Source: Octopus vulgaris (Eukaryota). Taken from it: 64,000 nucleotides of DNA. Where the stretch lies: the NCBI GenBank assembly GCA_951406725.2, contig OX597835.1:15624001-15688000 (forward strand). Reading direction: 5' to 3'. The position numbers and the translations under genes are program-made. A model generated the notes under the pieces. That model ran no database searches, was not told the origin of the DNA, and saw nothing but the letters and a program-made list of their open reading frames with translations. Positions 1 through 13,809 of the stretch are shown here, piece by piece; positions within the stretch are counted from its first letter, which is position 1, and every line of letters begins with the position of its first letter.

Positions 1-937
1 AAAAATATTATTGACAGTGATAAGGATGTTGGTAATTAGAAACCACAAAGTAATTAATATAAAGATGTTCTAGTTTATACTTCAGTTACATTGTCATTAA
101 AATCCTGGAGAGCTTCATGGTTTGATATAATTTCAGGAGTAAGTGTTTCTGTGACGTGTAACGGCTGTTCAATTTTGTACTGGAAACATAGTAAATAGTT
201 TATTGTTCTGTTGAGATAAGATCAACAAAGTACTCCATCTGGTGAGAGAGAAATATCAATTGATGTACACATTATGAAGATGCAAGATACTAATAGTTTC
301 TTGCAGTAGAGATGTGGCTCTAGGCAGGCTTGCATAAACATGTTTTGTGCTTCCAAGCCCGAAGATTGCTTGGAGATACAAGGCATGTTATAAAAACCTG
401 CTTTAGACTTATGTCTCTTATGCAAGAAATTATTAGCAGCTTGCTTCATTATACTGTGCACATTAAATTATGTATGTATAATGTACTTGAATATATAATA
501 AATTTACTGCAACTGGATTAGTGTAAAAGAAAGCAGGGTTAGAAGTAATAAATGATGAAATTATGTTTATTTTATACCCTTTCCTGAAGCTATATGACAT
601 TGTAGTTGAAGTGTTGGGCTCAATGATGTGGTCATGGGTTGGATTCCTGGACTGCACAACACATAGTGTCTCTGAGCAAGGCAACATCATTTCATGTTGC
701 TCCAGTCTACAGCTGAAACTAACTACCAGCTCAATACTCTTCCTCCAGCTGACACCTTGATACTCTTCTATGTCAAGAGGCACGAGGAGCAAGAGAGTAT
801 CTTTGTTTACAAATACATAGGTGTGTGATGCCACGATGTTATATTGGCTAGGGTTCGGCTCTTTTTTCCTTCTTTTAAATTTTTGCTCTTTCTTTACTGT
901 ACAGTTTTCTTAAATTTAAATATTTCATTTTTTTTAG

Positions 938-967
938 GTGTACCGAGACTTCTTACTGAAATATTTA
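938..967 (+). CDS. UBR4: UBR4 window exon 1, 30-nt microexon (VYRDFLLKYL)
   Basis: Poly-T tract + TAG acceptor, GTAAGT donor, phase 0/0, open frame joining the next exon; weak homology only. Confidence 0.7.
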
Positions 968-2006
968 GTAAGTATTAATTTTTCGCCTTAGCTCTTGTCA
1001 AATGATTTAACTTTATAATCAAAGTTTAACTGATTCTATTTAAGAACAATCTTCCAACCTGTATGTTAAATATTTGTTTTCTAAATATCAGCCTTAGAAA
1101 CATAGTTAAGAAAGATTCGTTTGGTGATCATTGCTGAATTGATAGGTGAAGACCTTATTGAAATAATGATTAAAATTTTGAAGTAGTCTAGTATATGTAG
1201 GTAATAAAAAAAATTTTTTTTAAAAACAGACTGAATTCTGAAAATTTGGATTATAACCAATATTTGTGCTTCTGGAGCTTGCTTTGTAACCTTATGGTTT
1301 CAGGTTCAATCCCAGTGTATAGCACACTGTGCAAATGTTCTACTACAGCCCTTAGACAACCAATTCCTTGTGAATGAATTGGGTAGATGGAAACTGTTTG
1401 GAAATCAATTGTGTGTGTGCCCAATTGACAACCAGTCTCAGTTTTTTTTTTGTTTTTACATCACTGTAACTTACCAGTTTGGCAAAAGAGACAAAAATAG
1501 TACCAGACTCAAAAATAAGTCCTGGGGTTGATTTGTTCGACAACTCTTCAAGGCTGTTCCTCAGCACATCTTTAGGTCAGTGATTGAAACACACACAAAA
1601 AAAAAAAAAAAAATGAAAGAATTAACCCTTTTGATGCCAACCCACCCATGACTGCTCATGGGGACTATGATATAGACTTCCTGTTTTAAAATGATCTAAA
1701 TCAAAATTTTCCATCAAAATTTCTTGTTAATTTTTGCTCCAAACACTAAAAGTGATGAAGCTTGTTTCACTAAATTATTTTCAAAATTAATTGGAGTAAA
1801 AGGCAGTGTCTTTTAACAGAAATTGGGTAACAAAAGATTGAAATGCCGAGCCTGAAATAAATAGTTCTGAAAGTTTATTGGATTCTACCAAAGAGGGGAG
1901 TCAATATCCACATTCCCCACGAAACAAAATTAGTTATTAATGATAGGTGCATTGTATCATGAATGATTATTACACTGCATTTATGTGTATATATATTTCT
2001 TTTAGT

Positions 2007-2649
2007 TTAACCCTTTAGCATTTAAACTGGCCATATCTAGCCAAAATAGTCTCTTTCTCTTTCTCCTGTTTCAGTCAATTGACTGTGGCCATGCTGGAGC
2101 ACCGCCTTTAGTCGAGCATATCGACCCCGGGACTTATTCTTTGTAAGCCCAGTACTTATTCTATCGGTCTCTTTTGCCGAACCGCTAAGTGACGGGGACA
2201 TAAACACACCAGCATCGGCTGTCAAGCAATGCTAGGGAGACAAACACAGACATACAAATGCATACACACATACATACATACATACATATATATACATATA
2301 TACGACAGGCTTCTTTCAGTTTCCGTCTACCAAATCCACTCACAAGGCATTGGTTGGCCCGGGGCTATAGCAGAAGACACTTGCCCAAGATGCCACGCAG
2401 TGGGACTGAACCCAGAACTATGTGGTTGGTTAGCAAGCTACTTACCACACAGCCACACCTGCGCCTATTTGTTTTATGTTAAAACTGACTGGATCCAGAC
2501 TCATACACCTACCCAACAATGTCATTCTAAAAATATACAAGCACATCATTGCAATATTAAAGCTGCAAGAGAATGGCTGATAAATTCAGAACAAGGTGAA
2601 TAAATGAGCAATAAGTTGGACTAAGAAATCTGAATACTTAAAGGGTTAA
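2007..2649. mobile_element. piggyBac-like MITE family A (TTAACCCTTTAGCA...AAGGGTTAA), split by a SINE
   Basis: TTAA-CCCT termini; homologous copies at about 7152-7373, 16053-16279, 17839-18063, 32806-33228, 48560-48748, 52990-53202, 62713-62923. Confidence 0.75.
2051..2465 (-). mobile_element. tRNA-derived SINE family 1, full-length copy
   Basis: Head with A/B-box-like motifs, internal microsatellite; near-identical copies elsewhere in the window. Confidence 0.85.
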
Positions 2650-2712
2650 ATAAATGCTGTTCCACTTATTTCATTTTATTTATTTGTTTATTGTTTTATT
2701 TCTGTGTTGTAG

Positions 2713-2883
2713 GATTCTGCAAATACTGTCAAAACGGTATTGGACTTACTGGATGTTGTTTTACCATCTATGGTTGAAAACTATCAAGGCAGCTTTCCCA
2801 TGGGAAGTGTGGCAAATGCTCAGAAAGCTCTTGGTGATCTACACACCCTTCCAAAAACAATAGACACAACTGACCAATTGATG
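2713..2883 (+). CDS. UBR4: UBR4 exon 2 (DSANTVK...HTLPKTIDTTDQLM)
   Basis: AG/GT bounded; resembles recalled UBR4 AQQALSELHTVEKAVEMTDQLM. Confidence 0.92.
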
Positions 2884-3164
2884 GTAAATAGCTTTATTCA
2901 TATATTAACACTGGACGGGGGTGTATGGTTTGTCAGTACACTGGCTGATAGATGAAAGGATTTTAATAGCACACTTTCTTTAATAAGATTCTTATTTGTT
3001 TTAATTATATATTTCATAAATTGTCAAAGTCTTCTGGTGCAACACCCATGTCCAGATACTGATTACCTGTTTCCCCATTTTGGCTTGAAGTCAGTTGGTC
3101 AATTCTTATAGCAACCAGCTTATAGATGTATTGATGAAAGACTTTCAGAGATGATTGTGCATGC

Positions 3165-3203
<39 letters not shown>

Positions 3204-3926
3204 AATTATATAAATATATGTATATATACATGCATATATGGGTACAGGACATCAAAAAATGTTGAACACAATGAGAAATGAAAACATAAAAACAAAAACA
3301 TAGAAATGAACTTTTTTGAACAACAAAAAAAACACAAACAAGCAAAGAAATGAGACATACAACATAAAGAATATTCCCTTTCTTCAGTTGTCCTTGTTTC
3401 AACTACTCCATGTTTAGAAGGCAAGGATAAGATGCGACTTCGTTGAAACAGTCCTTCCCATGGACTCTTCTAAAGGCACCCAAGGTACCAAATAGTGTTG
3501 GTTTACCACTCAAGTAGACCACGGTGGGATTTGAACTCAGAATAACACAAAGAGCTGGAACAAATACCTTAAGATATCTTGTCTAATGTTTTAACAGTTC
3601 TTAGGAAGCCATGGTCAAAAGCCAATTGCTTTTCCATATCAGTAGTAAATATGTATGCTGGGGTCAGCCTTGTCTTTCATTTGTTTAGGGGTTGATAAAA
3701 AAAAACAAAGACCCACTAATCCAAGATGTTGTATCGGTGGAATTATTGTCGCCTCAGATGGGATGCCTTGCGGTACTTTTGTATTAATTGTAATATAATG
3801 GTAATTCAAAAGCATATTTGAAGTTATTTGAATGTAATTGTGTATTTGAAAAATAAATATGAGATAAGAGTTTATTAGTGAGATTGGTGTTTTTTTATTT
3901 TATTTTATTTTATTTTCTCTTTGTAG

Positions 3927-4178
3927 ACTGTAACTTTGGGCTCACAAGAAGGAGCCTTTGAAAATGTCCGCATGAACTATAGTGGAGATCAAGGTCAAGC
4001 CATCCGTCAACTGATCACTGCTCATATGGTGCGGCGTGTTGCTATGTGTGTCTTAGCATCTCCCCATGGTAAAAGACAACATTTGGCTGTTAGCCATGAG
4101 AAAGGAAAAATTACTATTTTACAGTTATCAGCTCTCTTGAAGCAAGCAGATTCAAGTAAAAAAAAGTTAACCCTTACA
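3927..4178 (+). CDS. UBR4: UBR4 exon 3 ([22 protein letters not shown]...KKKLTLT)
   Basis: Near-identical to the diagnostic UBR4 segment; AG/GTAAGC boundaries. Confidence 0.97.
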
Positions 4179-4825
4179 GTAAGCATTGGATACTTTTAAT
4201 ACATATTATTGAAATAACTTTGTATTTTATAGCAAGAAAAACATTTTACATTTTACAATTTTTATGGTGAAACTTTACTAATTTTATCTGTGAAAATTGA
4301 GCTTACACATCTATTTTAATTTTCTGTTCGAATCCTCACGCATTTAACTATTAATTTTTTCATAGCACTAAAATGCAATAATATATATTAGACACTGATT
4401 GGTTTTTAGTAAGCAAGTGCTTTGCTATCCTTATTCACAATATACAATAAGGTTGAGTGTAACAATCGCATATCCTTATGTTAGCGGGATTAATGAGAAC
4501 AGTAGATATATTGCATTTTAAGTTAGTTGATAAAACTGTCATATTTCCAGTGCACAAATTAACTCAAGGTTGCAAGCTAGAATATTGCCTTTTTCTCCTT
4601 TAATTTATTGGTTAATGGTGTATGTTAGTGATGGTTTTTTTTTCCTTTTTCATATGAAGACATTTTTGTCTTTGTGTAAATATGTGGTAGGATATTATGT
4701 TTTGCGAGTGGGAGATGATCAAACTGAGAGAAACAAATAAGAAATTGAGTGCAGGGTATAATCAAGGCAGTTGGATTTCAGTGAAGACATTGCCATATAT
4801 TTTGGTATAACAGCTAGAATTAGCT

Positions 4826-4859
<34 letters not shown>

Positions 4860-4863
<4 letters not shown>

Positions 4864-5780
4864 CTCCGATGGATGTGTAATGCCGGTACTCACACTCGGC
4901 AGAGTGTAAGTACCTTGAGAGAAAAGCTGGACCTAAGAAGCATCAGTTGTGGTGTGCAAGAGAGACGTTTGCGCTGGTATGGTCATGTGGCGAGAATGGA
5001 TGAAGATAGTTGTGTGAAAAAGTGCCACACCCTAGCGGTTGAGGGAACCTGTGGAAGAGGCAGACCCAGGAAAACCTGGGACGAGGTGGTGAAGCACGAC
5101 CTTCGAACTTTAGGTCTCACTGAGGAAATGACTAGAGACCGAGACCTCTGGAAGTGTACTGTGCGCGAGAAGACCCGGCAGGACAAGTGAGTCCATAACC
5201 CATGGCCTTCTACATGGGATGGAGCCAGCCTACGTATGCATACCTTCCCTTCTTGGGACACAAAACTCTACTTGTGAAGACGTGTTGAGGCAAGTGAGGA
5301 TCAGAATCGAAATCGATCAATGGAAATTGCGGATGTGTTACCAGTGCCGGTGGCATGTCGAAACTCTACTTGTGGAGACCCGTTGAGGCAAGTGAGGATC
5401 AGAATCGAAATCGATCAATGGAAATTGCAGATGTGTTACCAGTGCCGGTGGCATGTAAGAGAACTTTCCATTTCGCGACCGTTGCCAGCACCGCCCCGTT
5501 TCGTGTCCGTTGCTAGCCTCGCCTGGCCCTCGTGCCGGTGGCACATAAAAAGCACCATCCGTTCGTGGCCGTTTGCCAGCTCTGTCTGGCACCAGTGCGG
5601 GTGGCACGTAAAAAGCACCCACTACACTCACGGAGTGGTTGGCGTTAGGAAGGGCATCCAGCCGTAGAAACACTGCCAGATTTGACTGGGCCTATGAAGC
5701 CTTCTGGCTTCACAGACCCCAGTAGAACCGTCCAACCCATGCTAGCATGGAAAACGGACGCTAAACGATGATGATGATGA

Positions 5781-5782
<2 letters not shown>
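4860..5782 (+). mobile_element. 5'-truncated RTE-clade LINE (RT C-terminus + 3'UTR + (GAT)n tail)
   Basis: RRLRWYGHVARM...GRGRPRKTW...RDLW motif, stop at 5190, tail ACGATGATGATG. Confidence 0.9.
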
Positions 5783-5818
<36 letters not shown>

Positions 5819-5974
5819 GGAGAGTTTACGAAAAAAAACAAGACGAAGGTAGGTGGTGTACAAAACAAACAGATGTATTAGTATAATGCTCAGGAATAGA
5901 AAAAATCTTTTACGTTTTGAACCTACGCTCTTCTACAGAAAGGGACACAGAAAAAACAAGGAGTGAAAAAAAAT

Positions 5975-6160
5975 GTTGCGGATCCGTGGAACAAGCTGCC
6001 AGACGAGATGGTGAAGATGCCGACGACCGCTTTGTTCAAAGCCTCCCTGGACCTCAAGTGGCCTGAACTCTTTACATGAACACCACCCTGTACTTAACTC
6101 CATGTCCCCCTACATGGCCTTGCTATTTGCTTTTGAGCCAAATTAACTAACTAACTAACT
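5975..6160 (+). mobile_element. CR1/L2-type LINE 3' end
   Basis: VADPWNKLPDEMVKMPTTALFKASLD (WNxLP...FKxxLD) followed by a (TAAC)n tail. Confidence 0.8.
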
Positions 6161-7946
6161 AATAATACAAATCATACTGTGTAAGTGCTGGAGTTACCCA
6201 TAGTGCAAAGGACAGCAAATGTTTTAGCATGTTTCTGGTGTTAGTTAACTATTTAGCTAACATCAGAAATATTAATAAATAGTTAGACATGGGGTAATTA
6301 ACTTTAGATAATAACAATAGTAAGGATAAGCTAAAGGCAGCCTAAAATTGAGGAAAACATTTTGTTGACATAAGCAAAATGTATTTAAAGAAATAGAGGC
6401 ATTTTCTTTAATTAGCATGTTTTGCTTCAACATATAAATAATAATTTCAATTTAAATGGAAAGTCTTGCGAGAGATTGAATATTTTTGCAGAAAATTACT
6501 TGGTTTTTAAAATTGATAATAGCTTAGTGGTTAGGGTGTTGTACTTAACAACATTAAGATTCCTTAATTGGGCAGTGTGTTGTCTTCATGAGCAAAACAC
6601 TTAATTTCACATTGCTCCAGTCCACTCAGCTGTTAATGAGTACACCCTGTGATGGACTGGTGTCTTGTTCAGGGACTGTTGTGACCTCCATGAAAACTGG
6701 GTGTCCAGCCCTGTGTGTCCTACATCTCAGGTCATTAACCCTTTTGTTATCATCTTTCTGTTGAGATTCTCCCTGTCTCTTTCAATTAATTTTAAATATA
6801 AGACTTTCATAAAATAACTTAGTTATCTGGCTTCAACACATGAACTCATATAAAGAATCTTGCAAACCAAATCCAAAAACAAAACTTAGTTATCATTAAA
6901 ATAGTGTTTTTGAAAACAAGACATTTGTACTACAGAACCAAAGGTGGGTTGACATCAAAAGGGCTAATGTCTGGGGGCTGATGATGATTTAATTAAAACT
7001 TTAATTATTAATTTTTAAAAAATAGAATTGGAATTCTGATTAAAGCCTATTAAAAAGGAGACAAACTTTGCCATGTATGTTAAAATTTACATTATTGTTT
7101 CTTCATCAGAAATGGAATTTTAATTAATTAACCTTTTGAAATAGTTGAAATGAACCCTTTAGCATTTAAACCAGCCATATCTGGCCGAAATATTCTACTT
7201 GTTTTATGTTCAAACAGGCCAGATCTGGTCTCTCACACCTACCCTACAATGTCATTCTAAAAAGAAACAATCACATTGTCAACATCTCAGTTATGAGATG
7301 ATGCATGATTAAGACAAAACAATTGAATAAATGAGATAGATTTAACAGAATAATCTGAATGCTAAAGGGTTAATCATGATTGTGAATTCTAAATTATATC
7401 CGCTTTAAGTTTCTGAATTTTGGCATTTCTAACAAAAAACAAATTCAATGTAAAATGTTTTACACTCAACCCTTTTGTTACAACATTTTTCTTAAAATGC
7501 ACTGCTTTTGTTTCAATTAATTTTTTAAAAATAACGAAGAATTTAGTAAAATAACTTTGTTTTTTTTTGGAACATAAATTAACAAGAAATTTTGATGAAA
7601 GGCTTCAATTTACATCCCTTTAAAACAGGAATTTTGTATCATAGAACCAGGAGGGTGGGGGTCTCTCGGATGGGTTACTATCAAAAGAGTTGACCCCTTT
7701 GTTACAGTATTTCTGTTGAAATGCACTGCTTCTGTTTGAATTAATTTTGAATATAATGAAGAACTTAATTAAATAACTGTCATTATGAAGCTGGTGTTTG
7801 GAGCGTAAATTAACAAGAAATTTTGATTGAAGGTTTTAATTTAGATCGCTTTTAAAACAGAAAGTTTGTATCGTAGAACCAGAGGTGACCTGAGGCAGGT
7901 TGATATCAAGAATTAAATGTCTCATGTGACTTTTAGTTGTTGTTGT

Positions 7947-7981
<35 letters not shown>

Positions 7982-8136
7982 AGAGTGAGAAGATGGATCT
8001 AAACAAGTGTAGGTTGTTAGTCATTAGTTAACACCTCATGAATTATTGAAATTACAGAAATGAAGAAGTTGAATGTGTTCCTTAGTTTATTTTGGAAAAA
8101 GTCCATTAGTGAGTTATATGATGAGAGGATAAAAGA

Positions 8137-8707
8137 CAAGGTGAAATCAAAATGTTCCCAGACTCGTTCTGTAGTGTGACAACAGTTGTGTGGGCCCAGG
8201 GAGAGCTAGCAGTGACCTTCTTGAGGCAGTGTGCCGAGTGATGTCACTGTATTTACTTCGCAAAGTGTGAATTTTGTGTTTTTGTGATCACGTATATGCT
8301 AATCAAGAGTTCTACTGCAGTGTTTTGAAGCGTTTAAGGGAGGATATTTGGCATAAGTGCCTGGATCTGTGGAGCAAAGAATTGACTTCTTCACAGGGTT
8401 CTCACTCAAGTTTTTTGCCGAAAACATGGCATTGCTTCCACACCCACCCTATTTGCCAGATTTAGCACCTGCAGACTTCCATCTCTTCCCCAAGATGAAA
8501 AATGCAGCTTAAAGGTCACCATTGTTGAGATCCAGAGCAAATTGCTGAAGGTCCTTGACTCGCTACAGAAAACAATTTCCAGGCCAGATTCCAAAAGTGG
8601 TAGGAATGCTGGGACCAGTGTATTGCTGCTGGTGATGTTAAAACTTGGGTAAATAAGTTATTGTTTATGAATCATAACTAGTCTTGGAACCTTTTGATGC
8701 CACCTTG
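8137..8707 (+). mobile_element. Internally deleted, degenerate mariner element
   Basis: Imperfect TIRs (CAAGGTG..ATCAAAA.GTTCC.AGACT); remnant HPPYLPDLAPADFHLFPKMK. Confidence 0.8.
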
Positions 8708-11700
8708 TATATGTGGTGTAACTGGGTTTGTTGTTGAGAAAACAAAAACAAATTTTTTTTTTTATTTAATGTATCAAGATTTGGTTATTTTGAGATAGAA
8801 TTCCAGTTGAATGTTTTTACTATAATTTTTTGCCATTTTTGTTTGTTGAATGTTTTTACTATGAATTGTGAATTTTGAAAGATCATTAGGAATTTTTTTT
8901 TTTTTTTTTATCACTCTTTTACAAAATTAAAAACCAGTGAGAGATCTCTTGACTTTGCCACATGTCCTGATAAATATATTTTGTTGAATCAAACATTTTT
9001 TTTTTAATGTTTATTGTTAGTGACCCCCAACCCTCTATCAAGAACCCATTTGTAGATTTTAACAGTAGTTGCCACTCCACTACTCTGACTGACACAGGGT
9101 TTCTGGAGTTTTAAATTTTATATTGTTTTCTTTATCTCAGAATTATTATGTTTTCCTTATCATTCTTTGTATAGGTTTGCTATATGAAATGCAGAATATA
9201 AACAATTAGTTTAAAAACTTGTAATTGCTAATCAGAACTCAAAGAAACAACAGTTCATATATGTTACACAAGAGAAGGTCATAAAGTTACTGCCCAATTT
9301 ACTCTTTCTTTTCCTTTTTTTTTTTTAAATTACACATAATTATTTCAATACTGGAATTACTTTTGTTAACTGCTTTTGAAGATATAAGGGATGTTTTGAC
9401 ATGATAGTATTAGGAGTCATCATAAATGAATTAACTAAGATTTTCAATGTGAAGAGCAAGGATGTCAAAAGACTCATTGTTCTTGAGTCTCAAAGTGACG
9501 ATAAAGCCTGATATCCCTTTGTATAAATAATTTTGTTCTATATAAATAATGACAAACTAAATAACCATAGCATTCTTTTAACGTTCTACCAAACATGAAG
9601 TTGATTAGTAGGTGCACAAAACATTTCAACAGTGACAAGGGATTATTTCTACTTCTGCATATTAGATATCTTCCCTTTGGTGTTAGCTAAGTCAAATAGA
9701 GATTAACTGTTTTGGTGGAAACTGAAGGTCTTCAACTCTGTTTGCAAAAGATAGTTTTGTTGAAATTGGACACAAATAAATGTAAGAAAATAGGTTTTAA
9801 ATAGGTTACAGGCAAAGAGTGGGGATAAACCAAAAGGTCAAAGTATAATACTTTGCAGCTACATTCATCGTTATAAATCCTAATGATTAATAATGATGAG
9901 TGTAGCTGCAAGAAAAATTACTTAGACACCTTCACAAAGCTGCTCCAATAATAGGTAAGTTAATGCAGGGAACATTAAAAGGCTGATTTGACTTAAAAAT
10001 AAATCCTTGTTTTACATCTGCTTTTCCATGCTGGTATGGGTTAGATGGGTCATCATGTTTTGAACCGGTTCTTATTTGGAGTTACTGTTCTGTTAGACAA
10101 GTGAGAGGACCATATCTCATTTATGTATTTCGTTTTATGATTTTGCTTCCTATGGCTTGATACTTTTTGTGGTACTGGTTCCAAAGGTGTTGTCATGCCC
10201 TCAACAACACCGAGACCACGAGTCCTTGTCTTGCTGAGCACTTACTGAATGTTCTGGTTGGGTTTTATTGTGCTGTCAACACTTGTGGGGTTCACCTTGT
10301 ACCCCATAAGGTTTAAAGAGTTCACGCTCCTCTGTAATGTGTTTACATAGGGCTGTGTGGTTGAGGGGGTGAATGGAAGAGGTAGCAGTGACAGGAAAAT
10401 TGCAAGAGGGGAGCAAGAGTTATGGTGTTAAAAACATTGATCGGGATGTAAGAATGTGGAGGCAGTTAAATGGTAAAAATAGATGATGAATATCAGTCTT
10501 GAAATATTCTAAAATAGAAAAATAAAATATCAGCCAGAGATAATTCCAAGCATGTTTTGGTCATGTTCTGAGCTCATCAGCAAAACCAGTCCTTTGTTAT
10601 TCTTGCCAAGAGAGTGTTGACTGATTCACTAAGTAAGTATACAAGACTGTACTGCTGAATCAGCAGTATGGAGAAATAAAATCATTTAGGAGTAATTAAA
10701 AATGGCGGGGGGTGGGTGGGTGGAGAAAACGAAATGAAAGTATTGTTGGAGAGCTGATAAGTGTAGTCATTTCAAATCCTGATTGAATAAATGTGCAAGA
10801 CGAGATGCAACAATACTTCTTTAGATTCATTCCAACTGGCTGGAAACCTGTACCAGCTTTAGATAGGTTGATGTCCAGTGTATTGTTTTGAAAAACCCCA
10901 AAATATGAGAGTGGAAAGCTGAATAAACAAGAAGGCCTACAAGGGCCGCAGATTATTCTCTCTCTCTCTTTCTTTCTTTCTATTTCTATCTCCCTCCTTA
11001 TTCCTCAATATAAGTAAACCTGAAATGGAATCAGAGAAAGAGAGTTGTGGAGAGAGAGATGGCTGTTGGTGAGTTAAATATTTAAAAGGTTAGTTCAAGA
11101 ATTCAGTTTCTTGAATTCTTGGTTCAAGGAAAAAATACACGAACTCCACTACGAACTATAATTGGCTCATATAATTAAAAGCACCTATGTATAAGTTCAT
11201 TTTAATAGATTTAAAAAAAAAAAAAAATTCTGAAATATAATAATAATAATAAAAAGAAAATCAAGATAGGACTTATTTCATTAGATTGTTTTTACACACT
11301 ACCCATTTAGCTGGCTGAACTTCAATGTTCCCACTTCAAAACCTTGACAAACAATAATACTTTTTTAAAAAAACCTTTCACTAGGGTAGGCATTTCATCT
11401 TTACTAATAAAATCTGTTTGATTATGTCTTTGTTTTCCTAGGTGATCAACATGATGGTAAGTTATCTCTCTCTCGCCCACATTTATCTCTTCCTCAGACT
11501 CCTTGTCAGCTAAAACGCTGTGAAGAACTTTTGCTATCAATAGGGTTGGCACTTTGCAATTTGGAAGCAGGTGGATGCATTATAAGATTAAAAGTTGGCT
11601 TACGGATAGAAAATTTACTCCCAACTACTTTTTCATACAAATTGAAAATTTTTTCTATAATTAAATTTGGTAGCCAATCCTTATTTAAGTTGCTGCATCT

Positions 11701-13593
11701 TTCCAATGCGTATGTGCCTTGGCACAAAATATTGATCCGTTATTTCTTGGTCAAAATTTTGTGCCCACTATTTTCAAATGATTTGTTTCTAGGCTTTATT
11801 TAACTTTTAAACATCCCTTGCAGACTATTTACTTTTACACACACACACACACACACACAATTAAGAATCCTTCTTAAATTGATTTAGGCTCAATAGTAAT
11901 ATGACACTTAGCGTATTCTCTCTCACACTAGAGTACAAAATACATACATATGTATATGTATATATAGGAAAAAAGCAACAAGAATGGATTAAAATCTCGG
12001 TACAATCGTTTCGTACGAGGACATCTTTAATAAGCTACAATATATGTATATATATATATATGTATGTATATAATTATAAAATGGTAACAACTTTGCTTCT
12101 GGATGGTTAATGGGTGATATTAAAAGTATAGAATCTGCTACAATATTTAACTAAATTTTTTTTATATTTTTATAGTTTTTTTTTTTTTTTTGCAGAAAAT
12201 GCAGTTGTTTGAACTAATAACTTTGACTTTTGTAGATATAGTTGCATTACCTTCAGATGGTAGCCAATAACATTGAAACCCTTTTGATTCAGTCTTAATT
12301 CAAGAATGTGTGCGTGGGAAAGTATGCATGTAAATAACTTAGGACATAGAGATTAAGACAGCGTGAAAGCAAACTAGGAAACGAGTTAATATTTTAATTA
12401 ATCTTAACAAGCTTGATTTTTGCAAAACTTGCCTTCATTTCTTGCTTAATGGATCAAGATTAGAAGTATGAATTACTACTGGATATAGTTTGAATATACT
12501 TAAGACAGATATTCAAGAGTCTAAGAACATTTTTACTTAAAAGTTCATATTTCAGAGCCAGAAGGTGGAGATGTCAAATTTTAAGGATGAATTGTGTATG
12601 TGTGTGTGTGTGTGTTGTGTGTGTGTGTGTTTTTTGTTTTGGTTTTCGTGTAGATCATTATTTTATGTACATCTGGAAGTGTTGTGTGTTGCAGTTGAAA
12701 ATTTGCTTTTGTCTCCTTTTTTTTTTTAGTCGTTAATATTTTGTAGGATTAACATGTTGATGCAGATCTTTTGTGCTAATTTACTGTTTTGCGTACTGAC
12801 AATGTGCATAAGGTGTTCTCTATTGCAAGAGCATGGGAAGCTGAAGTTTTATCTGTAGAGATTATTCTAGACATAGGCATGTAAATCACTTTGGTTACAT
12901 TTTTTCATATTCACTTATGTTATTGTTTGTAAAAAAAATTATTCAAATGTCTTGCTTATTATATTTCATGCTTATATTTAATTGTAATTAGAGGCTTTCA
13001 TTTTTAGTTTGTTTGCAGTTTATAATGGTTTTTATGGTTTATTCACCTTGTGTGTCCTCTTCACCATCTCTCTCTGTCTCTCTCTATCTCTCTCTCTCTC
13101 ATAATTTCACTTCATTTAACACTATGCGCACTCAGTTAAAGGGTTTTGTCTTACTTATACTTGATGGCCTCGTTAGTGCTGGTGTCACAAAAAAAAAAAG
13201 AAAAGAAAAGAAAAAAAGCATCCCATACACTTTGTAATTAGTGTGATTAGTGTTAGCATGACCTTCGATGCCCTTGCTAAAGCAGACCTTGGAGGAGCTT
13301 GGTGCAGTTGGTTCTGGTCAGACTGCCCAACCCACACCAGCATTAAATGATGGTGGTGATATCAGTTTTAACACATTGTTAGATAGTGTTTGATTTTATG
13401 TATAAAAACTCTGGCTGAAGCATTGTGGTCGGGGTATTCATTTATGATCTTGTATGTGATCAAGTTAGTTTTTGTATGTCTGTCATCATAGAAATCACTC
13501 CTTTACAATTTTTTTTTTTTTTTGGTTAAAGGAAGCTTTTGAATTTGTCAGCAGTATTGATACATTTTCGAAATGAATTATTAAAAAATTTGG

Positions 13594-13778
13594 GGCGTGG
13601 GAGTGGCTGTGTGGTAAGTAGCTTGCTTACAGACCACATGGTTCCGGGTTCAGTCCTTCTGCGTGGCACCTTGGGCAAGTGTCTTCTACTATAGCCTCTG
13701 GCCGACCAAAGCCTTATGAGTGGATTTGGTAGACGGAAACTGTAAAAGAAGCCCGTCGTATGTATGTATGTATGTATG

Positions 13779-13809
<31 letters not shown>

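Noticed and set aside
222-840. Short overlapping ORFs at the window start
   Set aside because: No recognisable domain or UBR4 match; part resembles an old SINE (compare 6520-6720)
5320-5863. Recurrent ORFs such as LDALPNANHSVSVVGAFYVPP and LSVSVYQIHSQG
   Set aside because: Spurious translations of RTE-tail and SINE copies, not a gene family
9274-9960. Possible degraded Tc1-like relic
   Set aside because: No clear TIR pair or catalytic motif could be read
11322-11803. Cluster of 70-90-aa ORFs suggesting a nested gene in the long intron
   Set aside because: No recognisable motif or consistent splice sites; blastx would be needed
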